The translations under genes were made by a program, and so were the position numbers. A stretch of 64,000 nucleotides of DNA from an uncultured Thermococci archaeon. Lineage in GTDB: Archaea > CAYQAE01 > CAYVLA01. The notes beneath the pieces are model-generated. The model was given only the letters and a program-made list of their open reading frames with translations. It had not been told where the DNA came from and made no database searches. The DNA lies in NCBI GenBank assembly GCA_964549615.1, contig CAZJVP010000076.1, positions 33,802-97,801 of the forward strand, given 5' to 3'. Shown here piece after piece: positions 28,704-38,500 of this stretch. The number at the start of each line of letters is the position of its first letter. Within the stretch, counting starts at the first letter, position 1.

Positions 28704-30556
28704 TGGTTATGCCGAACGACTGGTATGGCTTCATGGGCCGGTTGCTTGAGGCCGACCTTTCGAAGGGATCGTTTTCCCAACGCGAACTGGATCCCAGGGT
28801 GACGCGGTTGCTGCTTGGAGGAAAAGGCCTGGGGGCCTACCTGCTGTACAATGGCCTGAAGCCCAAGACCGACCCGCTTTCGCCCGACAACATGATCCTC
28901 TTTCTGACCGGCCCGCTCACCGGGACGATCGCGCCCGGAAGCAATCGGTTCTGCGTCGTCACCAAGAGCCCCCACACGGGAACATTCCTGGACTCCCACT
29001 GTGGAGGTTCATTCGGACCGGCCTTGAAGTACGCTGGCTACGATGGCTTGATCGTCACCGGGAGGGCCGAGCAGCCATCCGTGTTGGTCGTTGACGGTGG
29101 CGGGCCGAGATTGATGCCCGCCGGCGAGCTTTGGGGGACGACCACAGCGGCGTGCCAAGACAAGCTTGACCGCCTGCTTGGGGAAGGATACGGAAAGGTC
29201 GTCATAGGTCCTGCGGGTGAGCGGCTCTCGACCATAGCCGGGGTCTACAGCGGGACGCGCGCGGCCGGGAGGGGCGGAGCGGGAGCCGTGATGGGATCCA
29301 AGAACCTCAAGGCCATCTGCGTGAGGGCTGGCTCTTACACCATACGTGTGGCCGATCCGGCCGAGATGAGGAGGGCGTGCTGGACGGCCCACCGCATGGT
29401 TCGAATGAGCGAGATCACGGTTCGTAGCCTGCCGATGGAGGGGACCTGCAACATACTGGAAACGGTGAACCAGGCGGGTGCCTTGCCAACTCGCAACTTT
29501 CAGACGGGCAGGTTTGAGTCGTCCGAGGCCTTGTCGGGCGCTAGATGGAGGGAGGAGGTGTGGATCCGCGACTCGGCCTGCTTCGGGTGCTCGATCGCGT
29601 GCAGCAAGATCTCCCGGATTCGGGAAGGGAGGTTCAGCGGCGATTCCACGGAGGGTCCTGACTACGAGACCGTCTGGGCCTTCGGGCCGCAGTGCGGAAA
29701 CTCCGACAAATCCTTGATAGTCCATTTGGAGAAGCTTTGCGACGACTACGGCATCGACACGATAAGCGCCGGGAACATCATCGGCTTCGTCATGGAGATG
29801 TACGAGCGGGGGATGATTCGGCCCGAGGAGATCGGCGGGATGAGGCCGTCCTGGGGCGATGCGGAGGCGATGGTGGGGATGGTCGAAGCCATGGGGAGGA
29901 TGGACGAGCTGGGCTCGATGCTTTCGAGGGGGGTAAAGAGGCTCAGCGAGGAACACCCGGGTTCGGGCGCCTTTGCGATGCACGTCAAGGGCCTCGAGTT
30001 GCCCGCCTATGCTCCGAGGGCATCCAAGGGCATGGCGCTTGCCTACGCCACGTCGGATCGGGGCGGATGCCACCTGAGGGGATACCCGGCAATGCAGGAG
30101 CTCTTGGGCATGCGGGGCGGGGCCGATCCCTTGGAGACCAAAGGCAAGGCACAGCTGGTCATCGACAGCCAGGACGAGATCGCGGTCGTCGATTCCTGCG
30201 ACATCTGCCTCTTCGGCACCTTCGGCTTCACCCTCAGGGAGATCTACCGGATGGTGAACGCGGCGACCGGGTACGGTTTTAGGAACGCAGCTGACCTCAA
30301 GGTGCTTGGGGAGCGGGTGTTCAACCTCACCAGGCTCTTCAATCAGAGGGAGGGCTTCGCCCGGAAGGATGACACGCTGCCGAAGCGGTGCTTGGAGGAG
30401 CCGATGCCGGACGGTCCGGGGAGGGGGCACGTCGTGGAACTCGACGTCATGCTGAACGAGTACTATTCGATCAGGGGCTGGGACGAGAACGGGATTCCGA
30501 CGAGAGCGACGATCGAGCGTCTAGGGCTGGGTCCCATCGTCGACGGGGACTTGTGA
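28703..30556 (+). CDS. Tungsten-containing aldehyde:ferredoxin oxidoreductase family protein
   Basis: GRGGAGAVMGSKNLKAI, CFGCSIAC, DDYGIDTI, HVKGLELPAY, RGGCHL. TGATG overlap with the upstream stop. Confidence 0.95.
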   Translation: MVMPNDWYGFMGRLLEADLSKGSFSQRELDPRVTRLLLGGKGLGAYLLYNGLKPKTDPLSPDNMILFLTGPLTGTIAPGSNRFCVVTKSPHTGTFLDSHCGGSFGPALKYAGYDGLIVTGRAEQPSVLVVDGGGPRLMPAGELWGTTTAACQDKLDRLLGEGYGKVVIGPAGERLSTIAGVYSGTRAAGRGGAGAVMGSKNLKAICVRAGSYTIRVADPAEMRRACWTAHRMVRMSEITVRSLPMEGTCNILETVNQAGALPTRNFQTGRFESSEALSGARWREEVWIRDSACFGCSIACSKISRIREGRFSGDSTEGPDYETVWAFGPQCGNSDKSLIVHLEKLCDDYGIDTISAGNIIGFVMEMYERGMIRPEEIGGMRPSWGDAEAMVGMVEAMGRMDELGSMLSRGVKRLSEEHPGSGAFAMHVKGLELPAYAPRASKGMALAYATSDRGGCHLRGYPAMQELLGMRGGADPLETKGKAQLVIDSQDEIAVVDSCDICLFGTFGFTLREIYRMVNAATGYGFRNAADLKVLGERVFNLTRLFNQREGFARKDDTLPKRCLEEPMPDGPGRGHVVELDVMLNEYYSIRGWDENGIPTRATIERLGLGPIVDGDL

Positions 30557-30679
30557 GACGGGTGCCTGTCCGGCGCCAACGACGGTCCAGGGAATCGAAG
30601 AAATCTTTCTGCCGGCCGGTCTGCGCGGCAGGTTCAGCAAAATTCTGCCAGAAATGCCCAAAATGAAGGCCGATTGTGG

Positions 30680-30694
30680 GAAAAATTTAAATAG
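30680..30694 (+). promoter_or_regulatory. BRE/TATA upstream of the KaiC-like gene
   Basis: GAAAAATTTAAATAG. Confidence 0.6.
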
Positions 30695-30789
30695 AGGCGA
30701 TTTTTATTCGAAAGACGGAGTCCTAATTTGAAACATCGGGAAGAGCTGCCCGATGTCCTACAAGCCGATCCGGATTGGAAGGTTGATGG

Positions 30790-31500
30790 TTGATGGCGAA
30801 GGCTTCTGAGAGGTTGGAAACGGGCGTCGAGGGTCTGGACGCGCTCTTGTCCGGGGGATACCCTGACCATTCGACGATTTTGGTGAGCGGGTACCCAGGC
30901 ACGGGGAAGACGCTCCTTGGCAGCCACTTTTTGGATGCTGGCATGAGAAAGGGATCCGCGGGCATCTACGTGAGCTTTGAGGCCTCCAAATCCGAGTTCT
31001 TCGAACAGAGCGCAAAGTTCGGTTTTCGCTTTGAGGAAATGGAGGAGAAGGGCCTTTTCAAATGCCTCATGGCAATCCCCCACAGGTTCTTCGTCTCCCC
31101 CAGTACCTTTGATATCCAGAACACGGTCCAGGGCATAGAGGAGGCGAAGGCCGCGGTGAACGCCGAACGCCTCGTCATAGACTCGATCTCAGCCCTCATG
31201 GTGCTGTTCGAGACGGCCTACCAGGCAAGGAAGAGCCTATATATACTGAACTCGAGGCTGAAGGAGATGGGAATGACCTCGATATTCATATCGGAGGCCG
31301 GGCCGCGAAGCGAGTTCAGCAATTTTGGAGTCGAGGAATACATAGCCGACGGGGTCATCCATCTGTCGTTGGAGGAGGTTCAGGAGAGGAAGTTCCAGAG
31401 ATTCCTCCGCGTCGTGAAGATGAGGCGCACCGCGCACAAGATGGAGAAGTATCCCATCCAGATAGGCTCGAGGGGCTTGGAGGTCCTGGTGAAGGAGTAG
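30790..31500 (+). CDS. Single-domain KaiC/RAD55-family ATPase
   Basis: TGVEGLD.LL.GG, GYPGTGKT, LVIDSI, EEYIADGVI, VVKMRRT.H. Confidence 0.92.
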   Translation: MMAKASERLETGVEGLDALLSGGYPDHSTILVSGYPGTGKTLLGSHFLDAGMRKGSAGIYVSFEASKSEFFEQSAKFGFRFEEMEEKGLFKCLMAIPHRFFVSPSTFDIQNTVQGIEEAKAAVNAERLVIDSISALMVLFETAYQARKSLYILNSRLKEMGMTSIFISEAGPRSEFSNFGVEEYIADGVIHLSLEEVQERKFQRFLRVVKMRRTAHKMEKYPIQIGSRGLEVLVKE

Positions 31501-31708
31501 TTGCCGGGCGCGTAGCCACGTGGTCTTCTTCACACAAAACAGTGCTACTCATTGGGCCTTCGTACAATCCGGCATCCTTCTATTGCGGGATTTCTTCATC
31601 GTTGTTGCGAACATAACATATTTATAGTAGCATTATGCGAATTCCTTGACACGATCAACGAATTTCGCGGCCGAGCCCGATGGCGCGGCCGTGCTCGGAG
31701 GATCGTCC

Positions 31709-32188
31709 TTGTACCAATTGGATGAGATCGACCTCAAGATCATCCAGAAGCTGCAGGAGGACGCCAAGACCCCTTTCACCAAGATCGGAAAGGAGCTCCA
31801 AATCCCGGATACGACGGTCCACTTCAGGGTCAAGAAACTGATCGAGAACGAGATCATAAGGAAGTTCACCGTGCTCGTTAACCATGAGAAGCTCGGGTAC
31901 ACCGTAAGGGCCCTCCTCAGGATCGAGATCGAGAAGTACCTCCTCGACATGTTCACCCAGGCAAAGGTCGATGAGGTCGTACAGGAGCTCTCCAAGGTGC
32001 GGAGCGGTGAGCTGATCGCCCGGTGCGAGAGCAAGAACGAGATCATAGCGATAGTCTCGACGCGGAACTCGGGCGAGCTCATCAACCTGATGGAGACGCT
32101 CAGGAAGAAGGAGGGCATCAGGGACCTCGACGTCTCGGTCATCGACAAGGTCTATGAGGGAGGGACGGGCACCTCCCCCGTGATCTAG
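31709..32188 (+). CDS. Lrp/AsnC-family transcriptional regulator
   Basis: LDEIDLKIIQKLQEDAKTPF...TVHFRVKKL...KLGY. TTG start after GGAGGA. Confidence 0.92.
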   Translation: MYQLDEIDLKIIQKLQEDAKTPFTKIGKELQIPDTTVHFRVKKLIENEIIRKFTVLVNHEKLGYTVRALLRIEIEKYLLDMFTQAKVDEVVQELSKVRSGELIARCESKNEIIAIVSTRNSGELINLMETLRKKEGIRDLDVSVIDKVYEGGTGTSPVI

Positions 32189-32433
32189 GGGCTGGTTTTC
32201 CGAAAGCGGATCGTCCTGCCGCCGTTGCGACCTGCCTAGATTCCTTGCCAAAGGTGCAATCTCTTTGGACCTAACTGAAACCTTGGTATCCTTCCTCGGT
32301 GGCCGTCGTCCCATTCCAGCCCACGTTTTCGCTGGGAAAAGTTCAGTAATATTGCAGAGAATTCAGCGTCAACGGAGTATCTTGATAAGAATTTAAGCGG
32401 GCGCACATAGACTGTGGTCCAGGCGGTTCCCAG

Positions 32434-33825
32434 ATGTCGGTTCTCATCCCCGACGAGATCCCAGAAGTTCTCAAGAAGACCAAGGGATACTCGCTCCTAG
32501 TCAAGGGAGGACCCGGCATAGGGAAATCGACCCTCGCACTCACGCTAATGGTGGAGAAGGCGAACGTGAACGGCTTCTACGTCTCGACCAGGGTGAAGCC
32601 CGACAAACTGTACGAACAGTTTCCTTGGGCACGAAAGTACGTCAAGGCGGACAACATAATCGATGCTACCGAGCTTCTGTCCGGCATTCGCTCGGAGGGA
32701 TCGGCCCTCGACTCGGGTGAGTCGGCCGGCGATTTCCAGTTCCTCAAGGACATCAAGACCAAGGTCGAGGGCCTGAAAGACCCCACCGTAATAATAGACA
32801 CATGGGATGCCGTCCATGCCTCGCTTGGGGATCGGGCAGTGGAGACGGAGAAACAGCTCACCGACTGGCCTCGCCAGAAGAACCTGACCCTAGTCCTTGT
32901 CAGCGAGTTCATGGACACCAGGGTGCTTGAGTTCCTTGTCGACGGCGTCGTGACGCTTTCCGACTCTGAAATCGACGGCAGGAGGGTGAGGGAGGTCAGG
33001 CTCGACAAGCTTCGGGAGTGCGAGATCAAGAACCTGAAGTACGTCTACACGCTCAAGAACGGGATATTTCGAAGGTTTCCGCCGCTGCGGATCAAGCCGC
33101 CCGACGAGCCAAAGCCTTGGATCCCATTCTCGGACGAGAAATGTCCGTTCTACAGCGGGGCTCCAGAGCTGGATGAGGCAGTTGGAGAGAGCTTGAAGGG
33201 CGGATGCATCATGATCGAGATCTGCAACAACGTTCCCTACGAGTGGGCCAACCTCCTGATCCGTCCCTTCGTGCTCAACTTCATCGCGAAGGACAGAGGG
33301 GTCATAATGGTGCCGCCCAGCGAGCTAGCCCCCGAGCAGATCAGGCGTGATCTGACCAAGTACATCCCAGAGAAGAAGTTCGAGACCTACGTCACCATAT
33401 TTGCCGATAGCCTGAACGAAAACTCCCTGCCCTACGTCCTGAACAACTGGGGCAAGTCCGAGGAGGAGGACGAGAAGATCTGGCTCCAGGTCGAGGAGCA
33501 AAAGAGGAGCGAGAGCTGGGGGCATCTGCTTCGGGTAATGAATGCCGACCGCCTCGAGCAAACCCTTGGCGTCCCGAGGACCGTCCGCAAGTGCGCCCAG
33601 GCAATATCCAGGGGCAAGCTTGGCGGCGATTTGACCATCATCACGCTCAGGCCGACGATGGATGCGACCAGGCAGCTGAGGAACATGTCCGACCTCTACC
33701 TGAAGATGATCGAGCGTTTCGGTGCGTGCTATGTCTACGGCGAGATGCCAAGGACCGGCCTTTACAACGTTGCCGCGGACAACTCCCGCGGCTTTCCGGT
33801 CCCAGAACTAACGCCGGTGGTCTAG
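32434..33825 (+). CDS. GvpD-like P-loop ATPase (RecA/KaiC superfamily, degenerate second domain)
   Basis: LLVKGGPGIGKSTL, YVSTRV, IIDTWDA, FLVDGVV, LDKLR; C-terminal GFP...LTPVV. Confidence 0.8.
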   Translation: MSVLIPDEIPEVLKKTKGYSLLVKGGPGIGKSTLALTLMVEKANVNGFYVSTRVKPDKLYEQFPWARKYVKADNIIDATELLSGIRSEGSALDSGESAGDFQFLKDIKTKVEGLKDPTVIIDTWDAVHASLGDRAVETEKQLTDWPRQKNLTLVLVSEFMDTRVLEFLVDGVVTLSDSEIDGRRVREVRLDKLRECEIKNLKYVYTLKNGIFRRFPPLRIKPPDEPKPWIPFSDEKCPFYSGAPELDEAVGESLKGGCIMIEICNNVPYEWANLLIRPFVLNFIAKDRGVIMVPPSELAPEQIRRDLTKYIPEKKFETYVTIFADSLNENSLPYVLNNWGKSEEEDEKIWLQVEEQKRSESWGHLLRVMNADRLEQTLGVPRTVRKCAQAISRGKLGGDLTIITLRPTMDATRQLRNMSDLYLKMIERFGACYVYGEMPRTGLYNVAADNSRGFPVPELTPVV

Positions 33826-33900
33826 GGGGTGTTGATGCTGATCGCTAGCTTTGACACAGGAAGATGATGAAGATGACGGACGGAATAGCTACCGAAACAG

Positions 33901-34743
33901 GTGGTGAACTTGGAACAGGCAAATGAAGTTGGCCCAGGTCCGGAGAGCCGTCCGGCAAAGGCGATTGCCGTGGTCTCCGGAAAAGGAGGAACGGGAAAGA
34001 CGATCGTGGCGGCCAACATCGGAACCGCCTTGGCCATGATGGGCAGAAAGGTGGTGGTCGTGGACGGGGACCTTGGCATGGGCGACCTCGGCCTCTACCT
34101 GGGGTTGGAGAAGAGCCCCGTGACCTTGCACGAGGTGCTGGCGGGGGAAGCTTCCATAGACCAGGCCATCTACGAAGGGCCGGCTGGGTGTAAGATCGTG
34201 CCGAGCGGACTATCCCTCAGCGGGTACGCACGCGCCAACCCGGATAGGTTGCGAGACGTGGTCAAAGAGCTGTCCGGCAGGTTCGAGTTTGTGATCTTGG
34301 ACTGCGGCCCGGGGCTTTCCAAGGAAAACACGATACCGCTTGCCTTGGTTGACGAGGTCATGCTCGTCGTGAACCCGGACCTGATCTGCCTAGCCGATGC
34401 CCTGAGGGTTAGGATGATGTGCGACGCGATCGGGGCACGGGTGGGCGGGGTCGTGGTGAACAGAGCTGGAATGAGCAAGGCCGAGCTTGCCCCGCGTGAG
34501 GTAGGTTCGATGCTGGGGCTCGATGTGCTTGCGGTCATTCCCGAGGATGATGAGATAAGGAAATCTGCAAGCCTCAAGGTTCCGCTGGTGATGAAGAAGA
34601 AGGAAAGCCCAGCGGCCGCGGCACATTTCAGTCTTGCCCAGAGAATCGCGGGCAGGCCGGGCGAGAAAGCACCGCGGCAGGAGGCGGCGGCGCCGAACGA
34701 GCAGAAGAAGGGCTCCCGTCGCTTCTCGATCTTCGGCAAGTGA
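33901..34743 (+). CDS. minD: Archaeal MinD-family ATPase
   Basis: SGKGGTGKT deviant Walker A, DGDLGMGDL, LDCGPGL, C-terminal amphipathic RRFSIFGK. Confidence 0.88.
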   Translation: MVNLEQANEVGPGPESRPAKAIAVVSGKGGTGKTIVAANIGTALAMMGRKVVVVDGDLGMGDLGLYLGLEKSPVTLHEVLAGEASIDQAIYEGPAGCKIVPSGLSLSGYARANPDRLRDVVKELSGRFEFVILDCGPGLSKENTIPLALVDEVMLVVNPDLICLADALRVRMMCDAIGARVGGVVVNRAGMSKAELAPREVGSMLGLDVLAVIPEDDEIRKSASLKVPLVMKKKESPAAAAHFSLAQRIAGRPGEKAPRQEAAAPNEQKKGSRRFSIFGK

Positions 34744-35420
34744 GAGTGGCTGCTACGCCGAGGCCTTCGACCAGGAAGATAGCGAGCCGCTACGACAAGT
34801 GGTCGCGCTTCTATGACCTGGCAGACACCATCGGCCCCCTTGGGAGGCAGGAGAGAAAATGGAGGGCAAGGGTGGCCGAGAGAGTGCGGGACATGGAAGG
34901 TTGGGCGCTGGATGCGGGTTGCGGGACGTGCAGGATGGCCGAGGAGCTTCAACGGGTCTGCTTCAAGGGCAGGTTGCTTGCGGTGGATGCATCTAGGAAG
35001 ATGGTAAAGAGGGCCCAGAGGAAGGTGGGCGTCCTCGGTTTGAGGGGTTTGGTCGTGCTAGGAGATGTGAGCAGGCTGCCGCTGAGACCGGGTTGCCTGG
35101 ACGCGGTCATCTGCACGTTCTCGATCACGACCGTGGCCAAGCCCCAGGATGCTATCTGGGAATTCGAGCGAGCTCTCCGAGCGGGTGGAAGGCTGATCCT
35201 TCTAGACAGCGAGGCACCGTCGGGGATGCTTGCTAGGCTGCTTTACCACATGCTCGTGCCGCTTTCGAGATTCTTCTGCCACACGTACATCGACCGCGAC
35301 ATCTCAGGCCTGCTGCAGGCTGCTGGGGGCCTCGGGAGGGAGTTCAAGGCCACCTTCCTCGGAGGTATGGTCTGTCTTTACGAACACAAAAAGAGGGCGG
35401 ACCCCGGAATCCATGAGTGA
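34740..35420 (+). CDS. Class I SAM-dependent methyltransferase (UbiE-like)
   Basis: LDAGCGT, AVDAS, GDVSRLP, RALRAGGRL. Confidence 0.88.
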   Translation: MRVAATPRPSTRKIASRYDKWSRFYDLADTIGPLGRQERKWRARVAERVRDMEGWALDAGCGTCRMAEELQRVCFKGRLLAVDASRKMVKRAQRKVGVLGLRGLVVLGDVSRLPLRPGCLDAVICTFSITTVAKPQDAIWEFERALRAGGRLILLDSEAPSGMLARLLYHMLVPLSRFFCHTYIDRDISGLLQAAGGLGREFKATFLGGMVCLYEHKKRADPGIHE

Positions 35421-35480
35421 AAGGATTGCACACATAGGAAGGGCTATGCTTAGAAACTGCAACATTCGGAAGCGTTTTGA

Positions 35481-35498
35481 GAAATATATTTATAATAA
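35481..35498 (+). promoter_or_regulatory. BRE/TATA upstream of the surface protein/pilus operon
   Basis: GAAATATATTTATAATAA. Confidence 0.55.
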
Positions 35499-35553
35499 TT
35501 GAACCCAGCCTCAACAGCCAACGCTATTATTGCCGAAACCGGATGGAGACGAG

Positions 35554-38500
35554 ATGAACCTGAGGTCCGCATTCGCGCTCGTCGGAATCGCGTTCAATCT
35601 GTCTGCCCTGCTCGCCGGTTTGCCGATCCTCGGGACCCTCGCTCAGCAGGACGACGTCTATCCCCCCACGATCAACCTCATAACCAGATTCCCGGTCATC
35701 ACTTTTGAAGGCGTTAAGGTCACGATAGAGGCGGACATAATCGACTCCAGCGGCGTCCAATCCGCGACGATCGCCTATCGGGTCGACGGAACGGATTACC
35801 TGGCCCCCATGGTTCTCAAGGCGAACTACAGGTACGAGTGGACCTACCTGAACAACGACATCGGCTCCAGGTCGGAGTTAGTCGTGCTCATCCTCAACAT
35901 CACCGCGGTTGACGTATACTCAAACAAGGGGACCCAGACCTACGTTAACACGACCATCACCGTTCTGAAGGAGGACGCGGAGGGGCCGGAGATACAGCTC
36001 GAAGCGATGCCCCTCTACACCGAGAGCGAGGATCACCTGATAATAAGGGCCTCAGTGACCGATCCAAGCGATGTAGGGTCCGTAGTCCTATACTACGACA
36101 AGGCCGGCATGTGGTTTGAGAGGACCATGACGTACAACCCGGACAACGAGCTGTACGAGGCAATCATCGGCCCATTCGAGACCGACACCGCGGTGCGCTA
36201 TTACGTGAACGCAACCGATGCCTCAAAGAATCGCAACGAGGCATCGACCCTCCAGGCCGACAATGGGACGATGCGTTCTTTTGTCATCTCCTACAGAATG
36301 AGGTTCGAGGGAGGCGTGGATGACTCGAACTACCTGCAGGTGGAACAGCTTCACCGTTACAGGATGACGAAGTCGAGGGACACCATAACCTACGCCGGCT
36401 ATGTGTTCAACCTGGAGCTAAGCGACTCGGGGCTCCTCACCGGTCAGGTATCCCTAAACTCGAGCGGCAAGACCGTCGTTCTAAAGAGCCTGTCGCTTGT
36501 CGAGAAAAACAACGAACTCATCACAGATATGCAGACCAAGGACGGCATAGCCTACGACTTCAACCTGAAGTATCTCTCATACCGCCCCGAGGGCCCGTAT
36601 GCCGAGATCGAGATCAACCCAAGGCAGCGGCTCGTTTTCGAGGGCTACACGATCTACACCTACATCAAGAAGGTGACCGCAGGTGACTGGACTTTCATCG
36701 GCCAAGACGGGGGAAAGTGGCAGGTGAACGTGACCGCGTCCTTGGGCTACTCCAGCGTCACCCGAACGTTCACAGCCCGCAACCAGTTCAAGGAGTTCTT
36801 CGTCGGCGGAAGGAGGGATGTCCAGATCATCTACCTCGGAGAGGAACTAGTTCCGGGAGATCTGATAAGGTATCGTGCCCGCCTCCGGGTCTACAAGTTC
36901 CAGCAGCCCATCTTCGACGTGAAGAACGATGTGCCGACGGGCAGTCCGTCCGGCTTGTCGCCTGGGCAGATCATCTACAACGTCTACGCGGGGGACATCC
37001 TAGTCCAGAAGGTCATCGCGCAGAACCTCGCGGGATCCAGGGCCTATGACATCAACATCCAGGTCACCAACATCACCGGATACGGTTTGGCCGTGAGCCC
37101 GGGGGAACTCACCGCATCCCTCGGTCCAGTTTACAGGGAGAAGACCGTGGGAAACAAGACGGTAAGATACTACCTGACCTACGGCACGCTGACCAGATCA
37201 TTCAACCTCGCGTTCCCCAGGAACGTGCAAGTCCGGGAATCTGCAAGATTTGACGTGCTTCTGACCTATCGGGACGCCCATGCAGAGTCCCACCAGATCC
37301 GGATCCCCGTCCAGTTCCTGATCTACCCATCGCCCCCCGTCCTTCGGGTGACAAAGGGACTGTCGAGGGAGGAGCTTCCCATCGGCCACCCCGCGGCGGC
37401 ATGGATAGAGATAGAAAACACTGGTGGATCCCCCGCGCTCAACGTGACCGTCATTGACAACACCCCGCCCAACCTGATATCCGACTTTGAGACTTGGCGG
37501 GGCGAGATCAAACCCGGCTCCTCCAACAAGGTGTATCTGATGTACTCCCTCAAGGCCACCACGATCACGGTCCCCGGGAGGACGTCATACGGCTTCGTGA
37601 CCGTCGATTGGAAGGGCGTTTGCTACAAGGCCGGCGTGCGCAACGACGCCTATACGCTCTCCACTGACGACTTCTTCTTCACCGCCCTGGGCCCCCATCT
37701 GGCGTTCATACAGTTCACGGCCGATAGACCAATAGTGGATCAGGGTGGCCAGCAGATGATCTTCATCAACCTGGGCGAGAAGGTCACCGTGACGGCCACC
37801 GTCAAGAACGACGGCAATAGAATTGCAAAGAACATGTCCTTGAGCTTCCCGGGCTTCGTGATCGAAAGCACGAACTTCCCGACCGGGACCGACCTTGAGG
37901 ATGGCATGTATGTACAGTTCAGCGCGACCATCGTGGCGGCGAGCGAGGGCACATACCCGTTCCAGGCCATGGTCACCCATTACGACGAGAACCCAGTCCT
38001 TGGCAACGTGTACCGGGCGCTCTCGCACCTCATAATGGCCCAGACCTACCGCTCACCGGTCATGGTGCAGTTCATAGACCCCCCTAGGCAGATATCAGCC
38101 GGGGAGACCGAGACCATCAGCCTTTCCATCAGAAACATCGGCAACAGCCCGGTTGAGAACGCGCGCGTCCTGCTCAGCCTCAGCAGGGGGCTGGAGCTGG
38201 TCTACGGGACGTATCTCATCTGGGAGGGGCGGCTGGGTCCAAACCAAAATGAGCTCAAGACCATCCAGATCAAAGGAAAGGAGTTCGGTCCGAACAAGAT
38301 AGTTGCAACAGCGTCTGGCCGGGACATCCCGGACGTGGACTACGAGCTTCCCGTCGAAGTCCTATCTCCCCATATAGAGATACTGAGAACCATTGACTGC
38401 GAGTACCTGTTGGCAAGGCCCGACTACTGGCCCAGGAGCTCCGAGATCGCAAGCAGGGTCACCCTCACGCTGAGGAACGTTGGAAACGATCTCGCCCTGA

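Noticed and set aside
29009-30430. Long antisense ORFs (also 9887-10882, 13826-14860 and others)
   Set aside because: Shadows of GC-rich coding genes; no recognisable motifs.
32434-33825. Gas vesicle or circadian clock system implied by GvpD-like and KaiC-like genes
   Set aside because: No gvpA or kaiA/kaiB in the window; these ATPase families are widespread regulators.
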